64,000 bases of DNA from the NCBI GenBank assembly GCA_907165135.1, contig OU015567.1, forward strand, positions 10,416,001 through 10,480,000. Direction: 5' to 3'. The notes beneath the pieces were generated by a model. The model had not been told where the DNA came from, made no database searches, and worked only from the letters and a program-made list of their open reading frames with translations. The DNA comes from Oikopleura dioica (taxonomy: Eukaryota > Animalia > Chordata). Below are positions 14,591 through 25,915 of this stretch, in pieces (positions within the stretch are counted from its first letter, which is position 1; each line of letters begins with the position of its first letter). The translations under genes were made by a program, and so were the position numbers.

Positions 14591-15094
14591 AGCTCGAAAT
14601 ATATCGGCAGTAAGGGTTTATGGGCCTTGGATTACCTTTCAGGCCCTCAGAAAATACTGCGACTAAAAGTCGCAATATGATGAGCTGAGGTGCCTTTTTG
14701 CGCAAACGCCCGACGATTTCTCTGTCCAGCGATTGTCGAAATTTCAAGGTCTGGTCCAAGGGTCGATTCTTCGTAAACTTCTCTCGATTTTTGGTGAAAA
14801 GTGGCGAAAGAATTCTGTTTTTCTGAGTATTTTAGGTTTTCCCCGGCGTGCGTGCGTGGTTGCGTGGGCGCGACTTTCGGCGCGTGGGTCGTGGTGGCGC
14901 TCGTGTGGTGGCGCTCGCTCGGGGTGGTGTTGGTGTGGTGCGGCGCGGAAAATTCTCTGAGTGGAGTTTCTCCGGCGGCGCGGTGGCGGTTGGTGATTCG
15001 GTTCCCCTCGACTCCGCTGACGGCCAATCAGCGTCCAAGTTGCGAAACTTCGGTTGTCGATGGCGGAAAATTTACCTTTTCTCCAACGGGACTA

Positions 15095-15105
15095 CTCTGA
15101 TACCA
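15095..15105 (-). promoter_or_regulatory. Primer-binding site TGGTATCAGAG (initiator tRNA-Met type)
   Basis: Lies 1 nt inside the 5' LTR end on the element strand. Confidence 0.85.
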
Positions 15106-15106
15106 C

Positions 15107-15362
15107 TGAAGGGATCCTAGCTTCTGCTGAATCTCCCACTTCTAGCGTAGTTTGCCTGCTCTCTATATCTGGACGAAGGAAGAAAACGAGTAAAGTATCT
15201 TTGACGTCTGTATTTCGAGCTGGAGTAAAATAGAGGTTAATTCACGAACTGCGAGAATTACCGAATGAAGAGAAATACACGGCGGCGACCGAGCAAAGCT
15301 CGATCTAGATAAGCAAGTGACCTTAGGGGACGAGGGAGTCTAACGAATCTAAGATCCCAATA
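15107..15362 (-). repeat. 5' LTR (256 bp)
   Basis: Identical to 8873-9128. Confidence 0.95.
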
Positions 15363-15367
15363 CACCT

Positions 15368-15867
15368 NNNNNNNNNNNNNNNNNNNNNNNNNNNNNNNNN
15401 NNNNNNNNNNNNNNNNNNNNNNNNNNNNNNNNNNNNNNNNNNNNNNNNNNNNNNNNNNNNNNNNNNNNNNNNNNNNNNNNNNNNNNNNNNNNNNNNNNNN
15501 NNNNNNNNNNNNNNNNNNNNNNNNNNNNNNNNNNNNNNNNNNNNNNNNNNNNNNNNNNNNNNNNNNNNNNNNNNNNNNNNNNNNNNNNNNNNNNNNNNNN
15601 NNNNNNNNNNNNNNNNNNNNNNNNNNNNNNNNNNNNNNNNNNNNNNNNNNNNNNNNNNNNNNNNNNNNNNNNNNNNNNNNNNNNNNNNNNNNNNNNNNNN
15701 NNNNNNNNNNNNNNNNNNNNNNNNNNNNNNNNNNNNNNNNNNNNNNNNNNNNNNNNNNNNNNNNNNNNNNNNNNNNNNNNNNNNNNNNNNNNNNNNNNNN
15801 NNNNNNNNNNNNNNNNNNNNNNNNNNNNNNNNNNNNNNNNNNNNNNNNNNNNNNNNNNNNNNNNNNN
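15368..15867. other. Assembly gap (500 N)
   Basis: Run of N. Confidence 1.
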
Positions 15868-16234
15868 TCATGGAGAGCGGCCATCAGAGCTGGAACTTGC
15901 TCGACAAAGGCGGTCATTCGGTCCTCCACAAGAGGCTAAAATTAATTCATTTCTTGCTTTCTCGATGTTGCTTTTACCTGAACTACCCAGTTGGTGAATT
16001 CAGTTACTTTAGCAGTTGCTTTTAGCGCGTCTTCATTTAGCTTGTCTTCTTTCATGAGATAAAAATTGGTATCTTTGTACGTTTTTCCTTGAGAGGGCGG
16101 CCGCGGAACATCGAGGTAGCAGTTCCGTCTTTGGCGGCGGTACATGTTGAACCAGCCGTTGAGACTTACTTCTTTTCCATCGCACTCGTGGATTCTTAGC
16201 AGATATGGAACCTTTCTTATTCAGTATTAACTTA
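15868..16234 (-). CDS. Hypothetical protein, 5' exons (3' end lost in gap)
   Basis: Open exon (...RIHECDGKEVSLNGWFNMY...TNWVVQ), then a ~40-nt GT-AG intron, then PLVEDRMTAFVEQ in frame. Confidence 0.45.
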
Positions 16235-16512
16235 CACGCATGGCAAAACATCAACTTGAAGATTTTTCATTTTCTTCGCGTTAGTTATTGTCAATTCGCC
16301 GTTTTCATCCTCCTTGTACTCTTCGTAATCCATTCTATATTCAAAAATCAAGGATTGTTTAATAAACGGTCATTATTTTATCTTTTTAAAGTCAATTTTC
16401 GAACTCTACAAAATATACAGAAACAAATCGGGGCAGCAACGTGATCACAAAAGGTACACCTTGGAGAAACAAAACAAAACTTTCGTTGGCGGCTGATACG
16501 CTACAGCGCGGC

Positions 16513-19500
16513 TTAGAGGAACTGGTTCAAGTAGGTAAGTACAGTCATTTCGTAATATTCGACTGTTTTGCTGGAGCGCATTGAATGCCGCTCTTGCACG
16601 AATAGCTTCAAATCGTAAGGCTAGAATTTTTTAAAATTTATTTAGTTAGGTTTAAGTTACCTTGCATGCTCTGGTGAGTTTTTCAATGAGCACCATCATA
16701 TTTGTTGTAATGACATTTTCATCGATCATGCCATGGAAGAGAAGGAGACGATTAGGCTCATCAGGTAAATTAGGTACTTGCTGCACCACGGACGAATCAC
16801 TGTAAGCTTTTGGGTTGTCTTGCGGTAAACCAAGGTATCGTTCAGTATAGGCAGAGTCGTACAATCGCCAGTCGACGACTATTTTTGGGTTTAATCACAC
16901 TCAATCATTTCAGCTTTCTACAGAGATCTAGTTAAACCTTCCCTGGTGCACCAGAAATAGCAATTTTGAAAACATCAGGATACTGAGCAATTGCCATAAG
17001 CGACATAAAGCCTCCATAAGACCAGCCTTCGATAGCCACGCGATTGACATCAATGAATCCCATGTTCTGTGCAACGTATGCAATGCCTTCAACTTGGTCT
17101 TGCACCTCGTAGTATCCCATGTGATCTTTGATGACTCCTTCGAACTTGAGACCACGATTGTCAGATCCTCGGTTGTCGAAAGTTAGGATAACGTATCCAA
17201 ACTGCAAGTTATTATGTGAATGGGAAGAGTTTCGTGAGACAAACCTTGGAATACATTCTATGCCTGTCAGACCTCGAAGCAGAGAACTGATTCCTGATGT
17301 TCTGCACTCGAGGGCCTCCATAAACATAGACAATTGTCGGATATTTGTTCTTGGAATCAAAGTTCTCCGGCTTGTAGATCTGGCCGAAAATCTCATCACC
17401 GGAGCTGTTTTTGAAGGAAAATATCTCAGGGCCGCGGGATTCTCTCTTCGCAAGTTTTTCAGGCTTTGGCTGTTGAGTTTGAGTGACATCGTCGGCAAGA
17501 AAGGCAAGCGGGCGAGGGCACACACCTTCTTCTGTCCAGAAGATGGCGGTTTCAGGCTTGGGAATTCTAAAACAAATATAAATTCATCAAATTGAGCCTT
17601 GCGTACCGGTAGATTTCAATTGAGGTAGGTGTGTTGACGTTTGAAGATTTTACAAGAAACATGTTCTCGTCGATGAAAACAGAAATGTCGAAGTGGTTAA
17701 AGTTGGATTTAGTAAGACGAAGACAAGACTCGTCATGGGCATTCCCCTTCTGATAATTTACTCGGTAGAGATGGGTTTCAAGAGGCGAGTCTCGCATTCC
17801 TAGAAATCGTTTACGACAAATAATGAGCGTATATATCTTACCTTGGAAATACACAAGCTGGTTGGCGAAATCAATGTCGATTCCCGTGTTTTGCACTTGC
17901 CAATTGCCTGTTGTAATAGGCCTGATCATTGTCTCGCACATGATTGTAGAGTTGAATTGCAAGTCGGGAATTCTATCCGCGTTCCAGTTTAACAACGCCG
18001 TCAAATAGAACAGATGCTCAAAGCCGGACATATTTTCGAAGTGAAAGATAAAGTCTAATTTTCCTTCTTCTCCATTTTCCGCGACTTTCAGATCAAAAAA
18101 GTGGATCGAATCAGTTTCTTTTATCCAAGTTTCGCTTGTCCACTGGTGGAGGATAAAAACAGGATGTTGATTGATGAAATTGTCAGGGAGTTCGCTCTCT
18201 TCGTCGACAAAGGAATTGATGGGGATGAAAACGATCGCTGATTTATTTTGCAAGCGAGTCAGAACATGCGCCCAGATGCCGTTATCTCCAATCCACCCGT
18301 AACGAACGACGTAGCCTTGTTCAGGGTGGCTATTTTGGACAAAATTTTGGTGTCTGGCCATCCAATTTCCATCCAATAAATTTTAAGTCGAACCTATCCA
18401 TCCAAAATCCAATCCAATCCAATTTTTACCCAATTCCCCAATAATCCCCAATTCCAATTGGATCCAAATAGATTTCCAATTTTTTCAAGGCTTCTTGTGC
18501 TTTGAAAAGAAGGGAAAAAGTAAGTTTTTATTCGAAAACAGAATCAACAGAGTCAAAACGACGATTTTCTATCCGAAATCTGGGGTGCGAAACGGGGCAA
18601 GGAGTATCGGTGCCCCGTCCCGTCCCGCCCCGCTTAATTTTGCAGACTCGGTGCCCCGTCCCGTCCCGTTTTGCCCCGTTTGTCCCGTTTTTTCAGAGAT
18701 ATGTTTTTCTTGGATCCGATTGCGCAATTTCCCCCAATTGCCCAATTTTCCCCAACAAAATCCGGTACCCGGGCCATCCAAATTCCATCCAAATCTTATT
18801 GGATTGGATCCAATCCAATTCCAACTAATACCCGAATCCAAAATAGCCACCCTGGCCTTGTTTTTCGGTTTCACTCCATGGCAAGTACTAAGATGAAGAG
18901 GAATAAATTTATTTATTGAAGAACCTTACCTCCATAAGCGGAATCGGAAGTTTGAATCTCCTGACCGTCACCTTATCGGTTTCATTGTCCGGTAAGCTAA
19001 CTGTCAAGAAACGAATATCCGTCTTTGGATTTTTACTTCCACTAGACGGAAAGACGGCTTCAGAAGACGCCGCTGATCGGGCGTTGCCAGAACTCGCGCC
19101 ACCCGCTGCACAAATCTGCTGAGCGACTGCAACATGATTGACGTATGTCAGAGTTTCAAGTTCGCTTTCGTCGGAGACTTCGTACACGATTCTTTGCGTA
19201 CGAGAAGCTGTGTCTTGCCAGTAATAGCCAGAATATCGGTCGAACTCTTCTTGAATAAGATAATTGACCCAGCCTGCATAGACTCCCTTAAAGTCGATGT
19301 TTTCTTGACCCGCATTAGTCAGTTGAACTATTTCACCAACTTTTTCTAAAATAAAGGTGATTAAAATTTGAGCGGCCATGTTAAATTTTACCGATATTCT
19401 GAAGCCACAAATTTCCATTTCTATAAAAGGCCATGTAATTAACATCTCCAGGACAGAGCTTCGGGTCCATACGAGGAGCCGCATTATCTAGCGCTGGAAC

Positions 19501-20061
19501 TTCGTGCGTCACAAACTTAGGGATTTCCCCAATGTCCGCGTAGAAAATAGAGCTCTTTCCACCCTGCATCAGAAGTCTGTTTCCAGTGAAGCTGAAGTCG
19601 TTGACTCCCTTGCTCGGGCTTTGACGTTTTCGCTCGAGCAATAAGTCGTGTTGGACGCTTCGCTTGAAATCGTTGACGTTTAAGATTTCAATTTTTCTTT
19701 ACCTGTTTCTTTCTGTCGTCTATCCTCAACGGTTTGATAAGATCACTCCAGTTAGAGAGATCTACATTTCTCAAGAGAGGATCAACATCAACAAACATTA
19801 GATTTGGATCAGGACTTGCCCCCGGATTAGATGAGCGACCCATGAATGCAAGACGGCACTTGCCAACAGTAGACGGCAACGGGTGAATTTTGAACAGGAA
19901 ATATTCCCTTCCTGCATTTCTGAGGATGCCTCCGTTTTCAATTGTTTGTACAGGTCATAAGATATCCTGAACATAATTTTAAATCTGTTGTGAATTTCGG
20001 TTACTCACGGTATTCTCGGGTGGACACCGTTTAGATTCTTTCGCACCCCTGCCGAATCCAT
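16513..20061 (-). CDS. DPP9: Dipeptidyl peptidase 8/9 (S9B family)
   Basis: GWSYGG nucleophile motif, YDSAYTERYLG, HGMIDENV (Asp), ERHSMR (His), EEFDRYSGYYW, GSKNPK and VYVYGGPRVQ. Multiple short GT-AG introns. ATG at 20061 follows an acceptor-like TTTAG. DPP8 and DPP9 cannot be distinguished. Confidence 0.92.
18322..18854. mobile_element. hAT-type MITE (533 bp) inserted in a DPP8/9 coding exon
   Basis: Perfect TIR CAGGGTGGCTATTTTGGA. 8-bp TSD GCCTTGTT at 18314-18321 and 18855-18862. (ATCCA)n-like subterminal pentamers. Confidence 0.93.
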
Positions 20062-20079
20062 ACTAAATAAATACTCGTT

Positions 20080-21201
20080 ACAATTTATCAAGCACGCTTC
20101 TTCAAAGCCATTTTTGGTAATTTTGAACTTCAGTGGTACTGTTTTTATTCGCTGGGACTTGGTAACCTCAAGAACTCGTTCTTTCTCTTCTTTTTCATTT
20201 TTCTCGATCGACAAAAGATACACTCGTCCATCAAATATCGCCATGTTATTCCAAGAGAAGGCTGAAATTAATATTGAGAAATCTTGGCTCAATTTCTTCA
20301 GTCCAAACAAACCTTCTTCGACATCGGCCGGTGGGCCCAATGGATCATCGGCTCGTCGATATTCTCAGACACTTGATTGATGAAAAGAACGGGCAATTTG
20401 AAGCGCGTTGCAATTTCTTTCAGATCACTGCATAAACTATCGAGCATGTCTCCTCTCGCCATCGAATCTTAAATAACATTCGAGCCGGTCGTGATATGAA
20501 CGTTGGTTTTACCTTTTGCTTCATATTCAAGTCGCATCAACGCCGTGATAGAGTCGACGATGATGCACGCAATTTTATGTCCAGAATCTTCGTATTTCTT
20601 GCATACATTTGGAAGCTTCTGGACCAGCGTCAGAAAGTTCTCTAGGTACTCTGTTTCTTCAACAAGGACTCTATCCGAGTAACTGTTGCAATCATTGCCA
20701 ATGATCTGCAGCAATCTTTCCGCGGGAAACTTCCCTTCGGAAGAAATGAACAGAACGTGGCTTTAAAAACAATTCATAAACTAGTCAACAATCTTTTGTT
20801 CTACCTTTTTCGTCGTTCAAAAGTGCTGCAGCTGCTGTTTCCAGTGCAAAACATGTTTTTCCAGCGCCTGCTTCGCCCGACACCTCGACCAAAAATCCTG
20901 CTGGAAGGCCTTGCAGGTTTGTTTTCAGAAAGCCCGTCTGGTTAAATTTGAAAAATACTGCTGCTGTTCTTGACCTGTTTTGACGACAGACTAAAAATGG
21001 ATTATCTAGAGCTGCGATTTCTTTTTGTTGGCAAAACCTTTAACTTAGGCGTTGCTTTTTTGAGGATATCCTTGAGTTGCTCCTCTTCATCCTCTTTATC
21101 CTGCCCTAATAGCCACTGAATAAGGCCCTTACACGATGGCTTGAATTTGACGAAAAATAAACCTGAGGGTTAGCGACAAAAAGGTCAAGTATCTTTGACA
21201 T
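20080..21201 (-). CDS. XRCC3: RAD51 paralogue, XRCC3-like
   Basis: GLPAGFLVEVSGEAGAGKT (Walker A), FISSEGKFPAERL, IIVDSITAL (Walker B), FINQVS and PSLGITW. The 3' end is uncertain because of indels. Confidence 0.75.
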
Positions 21202-21314
21202 AAAAATTGATTACCAAATCAATCTGAATTCTGAATAACGATGGCTTTTTATTTGATTTGAGTGATCTTGTTATTTTTGTGAAGCGCTGAAGCGAAATAA
21301 ATAAAAGAAAACGG

Positions 21315-22339
21315 TTAAGGCTGGAATAGATTGACAACAACTGTCAGGTCGTCGAGCTTTCCGCCCTTTTCTCGCTGGTAGCCTTGTTTCCTTGCTTCGA
21401 GAGCGAACGGGCTCATGTAGTTTTCATCCAGCGAAATTGCCAGAGTTACTTGACACAATTCTTCTAGTTTTTCAGCGAGATTATCTGAAAAGAAATCTTC
21501 ATTTTTGCGTGATTCTTCGTGCTCACCTGCACTAACTCCGTCAAAAATACCACATATCATCTCCTGTGGAACATTGTCTAACAAACCATCGGTGGCAGTG
21601 ATCAAAATATCATCCGGCTGGACAGATAACTCATATTCATCTAAATAAAGATCAATTTGTGCCCCTATTTCAAGCAAGGCGTACCTGCATCCAGTGGAGA
21701 GTCAGATATACTTTGTGATCCTTTAATTTTGACTGACAGTTGATAAGGACAATTAAAGTAGTGTGTTTGATCTTTGCTTCGTTTTTCGACTTTTCCATCG
21801 CGTATATGAATAAATCCGGAGTCACCAAGATTCGCAAGAGAAACGCGGTCTTCTTCTTTATCTACGGACAAAAGGACGGCGGTGGAGCTTCCTTGGAGAT
21901 CTTTTTCTTTTGATTCATGGACCGCGTTCATTATGTCTTAATAAATAATAATAAGCTGAAAGCTAGAAGAAAAATATCACTCATCAAGTAACGTCATTTA
22001 AAACTTACCCATGGCCTTCGCTAATAATTCGCGTTGATTTCCAACTCTCACAGATTCTTCTTTACAAATGAGCATCAGCGTGGCTGAAAACACTGAAGGA
22101 TCGACCCCCTTTGTTCTCCATCCTCCAACTCCGTCTGCGACTCCATAGTTGTCAACTGGGCTCAGTGTCTTTCTCAGAAAGAATGCGTCTTCTCCAACGT
22201 TTCCATAACTGTTTCCTTCTTCTTCTGCGCCGAGGACTAGGAGCCCGAGCTTGTCGTAACTTGCTTTTGAATAACCAGCGATTCCCGTGACGACCGACAC
22301 TTTTCGTCCGACAAAAGCTCTCCGAAACACCGATAACAT
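21315..22339 (-). CDS. PPTC7: PP2C-family phosphatase PTC7 homologue
   Basis: [47 protein letters not shown] and [10 protein letters not shown]-terminus resembles a mitochondrial transit peptide. Confidence 0.93.
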
Positions 22340-22349
22340 ACCAATTTAT

Positions 22350-22362
22350 CTGAAAGGAAAAA
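22350..22362 (-). promoter_or_regulatory. Candidate unpaired (trans-)splice acceptor upstream of PPTC7
   Basis: TTTTCCTTTCAG lies 10 nt before the PPTC7 ATG, within a 40-nt gap after the POLR3H stop, with no donor available. Confidence 0.65.
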
Positions 22363-22379
22363 TATCAAAAGAGGTTGAT

Positions 22380-23538
22380 TTAGCTCCACCAAGAAAGCGG
22401 GCCAAGACCCTGCTCATCAATCGTGGCGACAATTTTATACGGAATTCTAGGTACAGCTGCGTTGCCACTTCCCGTTTCTGGGAGACATTCTTCAAATTTC
22501 TCTTCTTTTACTCTGAATCGAACCTCAACTCGTTCTACAATTTCGTGGCTTTCGGACTCTTCTGGGTCATCTTCGTCGACAAATGTCCAAATCTAACAAA
22601 GTCAGTTTCATTTCGATCAAAAACATTATTTTCAAAATCTGTGAAAATATTTTTAAATAGAAAAGCTCACCCATTTGCCCTTTGCCCCTTCGCTCTGTAT
22701 AAATTCATTTGGCGCCGGAATAAATTCTTTAGGCACGAAAATATCGTCGAAGAAACCAATCGTCAGTCTCAACCCTTCGCGGGAACAACTTCGGACTTTT
22801 CCAACGAGAACTTCACGGATGAAAGGGCGGAATACGATGAAGCGAAACTTGATGAATGTTCTGCTAAACATATGGCTTTATTCTCTATGGACAGTTGGGA
22901 TACGCTTTTTGACATGTATTTAGGTCGATGTTATTTTTCATAGCCTCAAAAAGAACACAATGACGCGGTTACAATCTGGAAGTAAAGAACATAGAAGATC
23001 ATTTATGCTCCAAAACATATGCTAATTGAAATATTAAAAATATTTCACGTTCTATAAAAAGGCATCCAGTTTTGTCAATCCAGAACAAAAAATGAAATTG
23101 GTAATTACAGTAGCTTTTTTCTTTACCAATTCTGTGAGGCTCAACTACTTTTCGGTCCATCAAGGCTTCATCAAAGAAGCTTCATGAGCGACTACGTAAA
23201 AACAGACATGCAGCTGTTGAGGATCAAAAGCAGCAGCTCCACGAACGAGGAATCACATGGTTTTCCGATAACTTTGACTAACAATTCTTTTGTATAAAGG
23301 CTGATTCATTAAAAAAGCTTTGAAAAGTGTTATTTTCTTACCAAAGTCCTTCGCCAGGCAGGATCGCGGAATCCCCAATCTTCAAAATATCGTGCATGCA
23401 GATGCATAAGCCCGCGCGCTGGTAGACCTTATTCGCGAGTTTTCTATTTATCTCCGTCCTGCAAGCATCCGCAAGATCTTTATTGAACAGAAACGGCTCG
23501 ATCCTTACATAATCTTCAAATGTGACTAGCTCAAACAT
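22380..23538 (-). CDS. POLR3H: RNA polymerase III subunit RPC8/RPC25
   Basis: MFELVTFEDYVRIEP, INRKLANKV, FRFIVFRPF, GFFDDIFVP and C-terminal GLGPLSWWS*. Three exons. Confidence 0.92.
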
Positions 23539-23724
23539 TCTTAAAATTATGACATGAAACGTATTTTTCCGTTGGTTGTATGGTATGTTTTTATTTGAAG
23601 AACATATCGGATGAGACAAAACATGATAGAGTCAAGAGAAGATTTGGCAGGACTAAAAATAAGTTTAAATTATTTAAATGAAGTTTGTAACTCGTGAACT
23701 TTTGGAAAGAAATGGCGTCTTCTT

Positions 23725-25719
23725 TTAATCTTCTTTGTCCTTAGGCGCTGCTACTTGTTGGATGATCCTGGCGACGTCGGGGTTCGCTTGGCGAATTCCG
23801 TTCATTGCGACGCCGGCCATTGGCTAGAAAAGAATTGATTTTGGTAGGAAACGAAAAAGTACCTTGAGAATATTGTCCCGTAGTAATTCAGCGATGAGGT
23901 CGATAATTTGCTGAACAGGGAATCCGCCGGGAATCAGGTTGCTTTGATCCGCGAGCCAGACGAGAATGCCGCCGATAAGAAGGGTTGAAACGATATTAAC
24001 AAACGCAGCAATAGGAGAGAGCCAAAGCATTTCTAGAAAACGCATAAATTCCGTGTCTTCTTTTGTACTTTTACCGAGGATGAAAATTGCGAACCAGCAG
24101 ACAAAGAGAGCGACGATAATAATGAGTGGCGTTTGAACGAGTTTCGCTGCTCTCCGCTCGTCGTTCAGTTTTCTCTTTTGCTCGATGTCAGAGATAAGTT
24201 CTGCTTCCAAGTCTGAACGGAATTTCGGGCCGTATTTTTGCTGAGCATTCGTTTCGTTCCATCAAAAACTTCGAGAGCATTTCTGAAGGGGGTTTTCCAC
24301 TGATTTTTGGGAGAAACTTACGTCATGACTTCTTTGGACTTTTCATCAAAGGCATTCGCCTGAAGATATCCAAGTTGCTTCGGGATGATATCCTCGATTT
24401 CTTGTTTGAAGGAAGCCTTCGCCTTCTGCACCGCCATATGATGATTCACTTCAGCAGTTGCTTCCATGATTGTCACTGTCTCGGGCATTTCCTCATTTTG
24501 GAAAATCGCCGTGTACTTTTTGAAGTAGTCGCAGACCTCGGCGCAGGTAAGAGGGTTTCCTGCAGTGTCGAACTTTGTATCTGGCAAGTTGAGCAGTTCT
24601 GGTACAAGAGTTTTCATATTCGAAACAAAATCGGGGTGGAGCTTTGAGGTTTCGCCTTTGAATTCGCCCTTGCGCACGGCATCGCCAGGATGGGACATCA
24701 AAAATGCCCGTATGCTCTAATCATCAATTCGTGCTTTGAAAATATATTTATTTAACATACCTTGAAGCAAGATTTCACATGTTCTCGAAGCTCGCGCTTT
24801 TCGTCATTCATTTTCGGGGTTATTTTCATCAGTTTCTCGAGTAATTGGCTTCCTCCATCGAATCCTTCGGAATCATCTGAAAACTTTAATATGAAACCGG
24901 ATGGAAGAGAGCTTGAAACCTAATTGCCAGTCGCGTACGAGAAAAAGCAAGTTCTGGAAGGGCTCCGAATCTGAAACTTCTTGGGCGATCGCTTGTCGAC
25001 CAAATTCAGTGAAGAGCTGCAGATGCTGGAGATTGTCGGTTTGAAGATTTCCGCGTACGTTGTAGATTTGGAGACTGAGGTTTTTTAAACGAAAAGGATG
25101 AAGAAACGAACAAACCTAGAAAGCATCGTAGAAAGAGCAAATATAAGAGTTATGTCCTTGACATCGGAGTCAAGATCGAACGCTCCTTGAGTGTCGAGAA
25201 GTAAGACAGCTTGTTTTTGGCCTGGAATCGGTTCGATTACGAAAACTTTGTTCCATGCCATTATTCCGGAGGTCTCAGGGTCTAAGAACTCAATAAAGCA
25301 ACACAGAAGAATCTGATTCGTTACCTGCTCCTCTTCGCCATTTGAACCCTTCGAGCTCTTGATCAAAATCTCCAAGCCACTCGTCTTCGCTCTGCTCATT
25401 CTCCAGCGCTGTTAAATATCGCAAGAGATAGTTTAGGAGAAACGATTTGCCAGTTCTGAAGGCGCCAGTAACGGAGATGACGGAGACTGGAAGATTAGCA
25501 ACACTTTTGTCTGTAAGAAGAGATTCCAGCGCTTCTGTTTGGAGCTCGAACTTTGTTTTTCCTCGTCGTCTTCTGTGATTGTTAGCGGTTTGATCACTTG
25601 TATCGCAGAGGGCTAAATTAAAGTTGAGAATTCGGACTGAATTTGAAATTGAAAATATTCTCTTGAATTGATATTTTATAAACTAGATTATATAAACTTA
25701 CCTTTATTTCTTCAACCAT
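23725..25719 (-). CDS. ATL: Atlastin GTPase (ER fusogen)
   Basis: [16 protein letters not shown]-loop, [27 protein letters not shown], and a C-terminal hydrophobic hairpin. Confidence 0.9.
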
Positions 25720-25915
25720 TTTCTCAATATTTGTTGTTTTATTCTGAATAGAAATTTCTCAAATAATTGTCCAATAGACTCCAACAGAGACTCGTTGATT
25801 CTCGTGACTTTTTCCGCGAGTAGCGTCCCGTGAAACCGTTTTTCGGATTTTGCGACTTTAGTGATGCGCGGCTGCTCAAGCGCGATTGGTCGAGAGCAGT
25901 GGAAGATCCCGAGTT

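Larger units (their letters stand above)
8873..15362 (-). mobile_element. Full-length Ty3/gypsy LTR retrotransposon (Tor-like), recent insertion, no env
   Basis: Two identical 256-bp LTRs, PBS, G-run PPT, candidate 4-bp TSD CACC (8869-8872 and 15363-15366), domain order gag-PR-RT-RH-IN. Confidence 0.95.

Noticed and set aside
15258-15929. ORFs spanning N runs (also 38646-39335)
   Set aside because: Artefacts of translating across assembly gaps.
22870-23340. Longer introns of POLR3H and FoxO (37740-38168) as further element-derived introns or snoRNA hosts
   Set aside because: They have canonical GT-AG ends, and I found no TIRs, TSDs or convincing box motifs.
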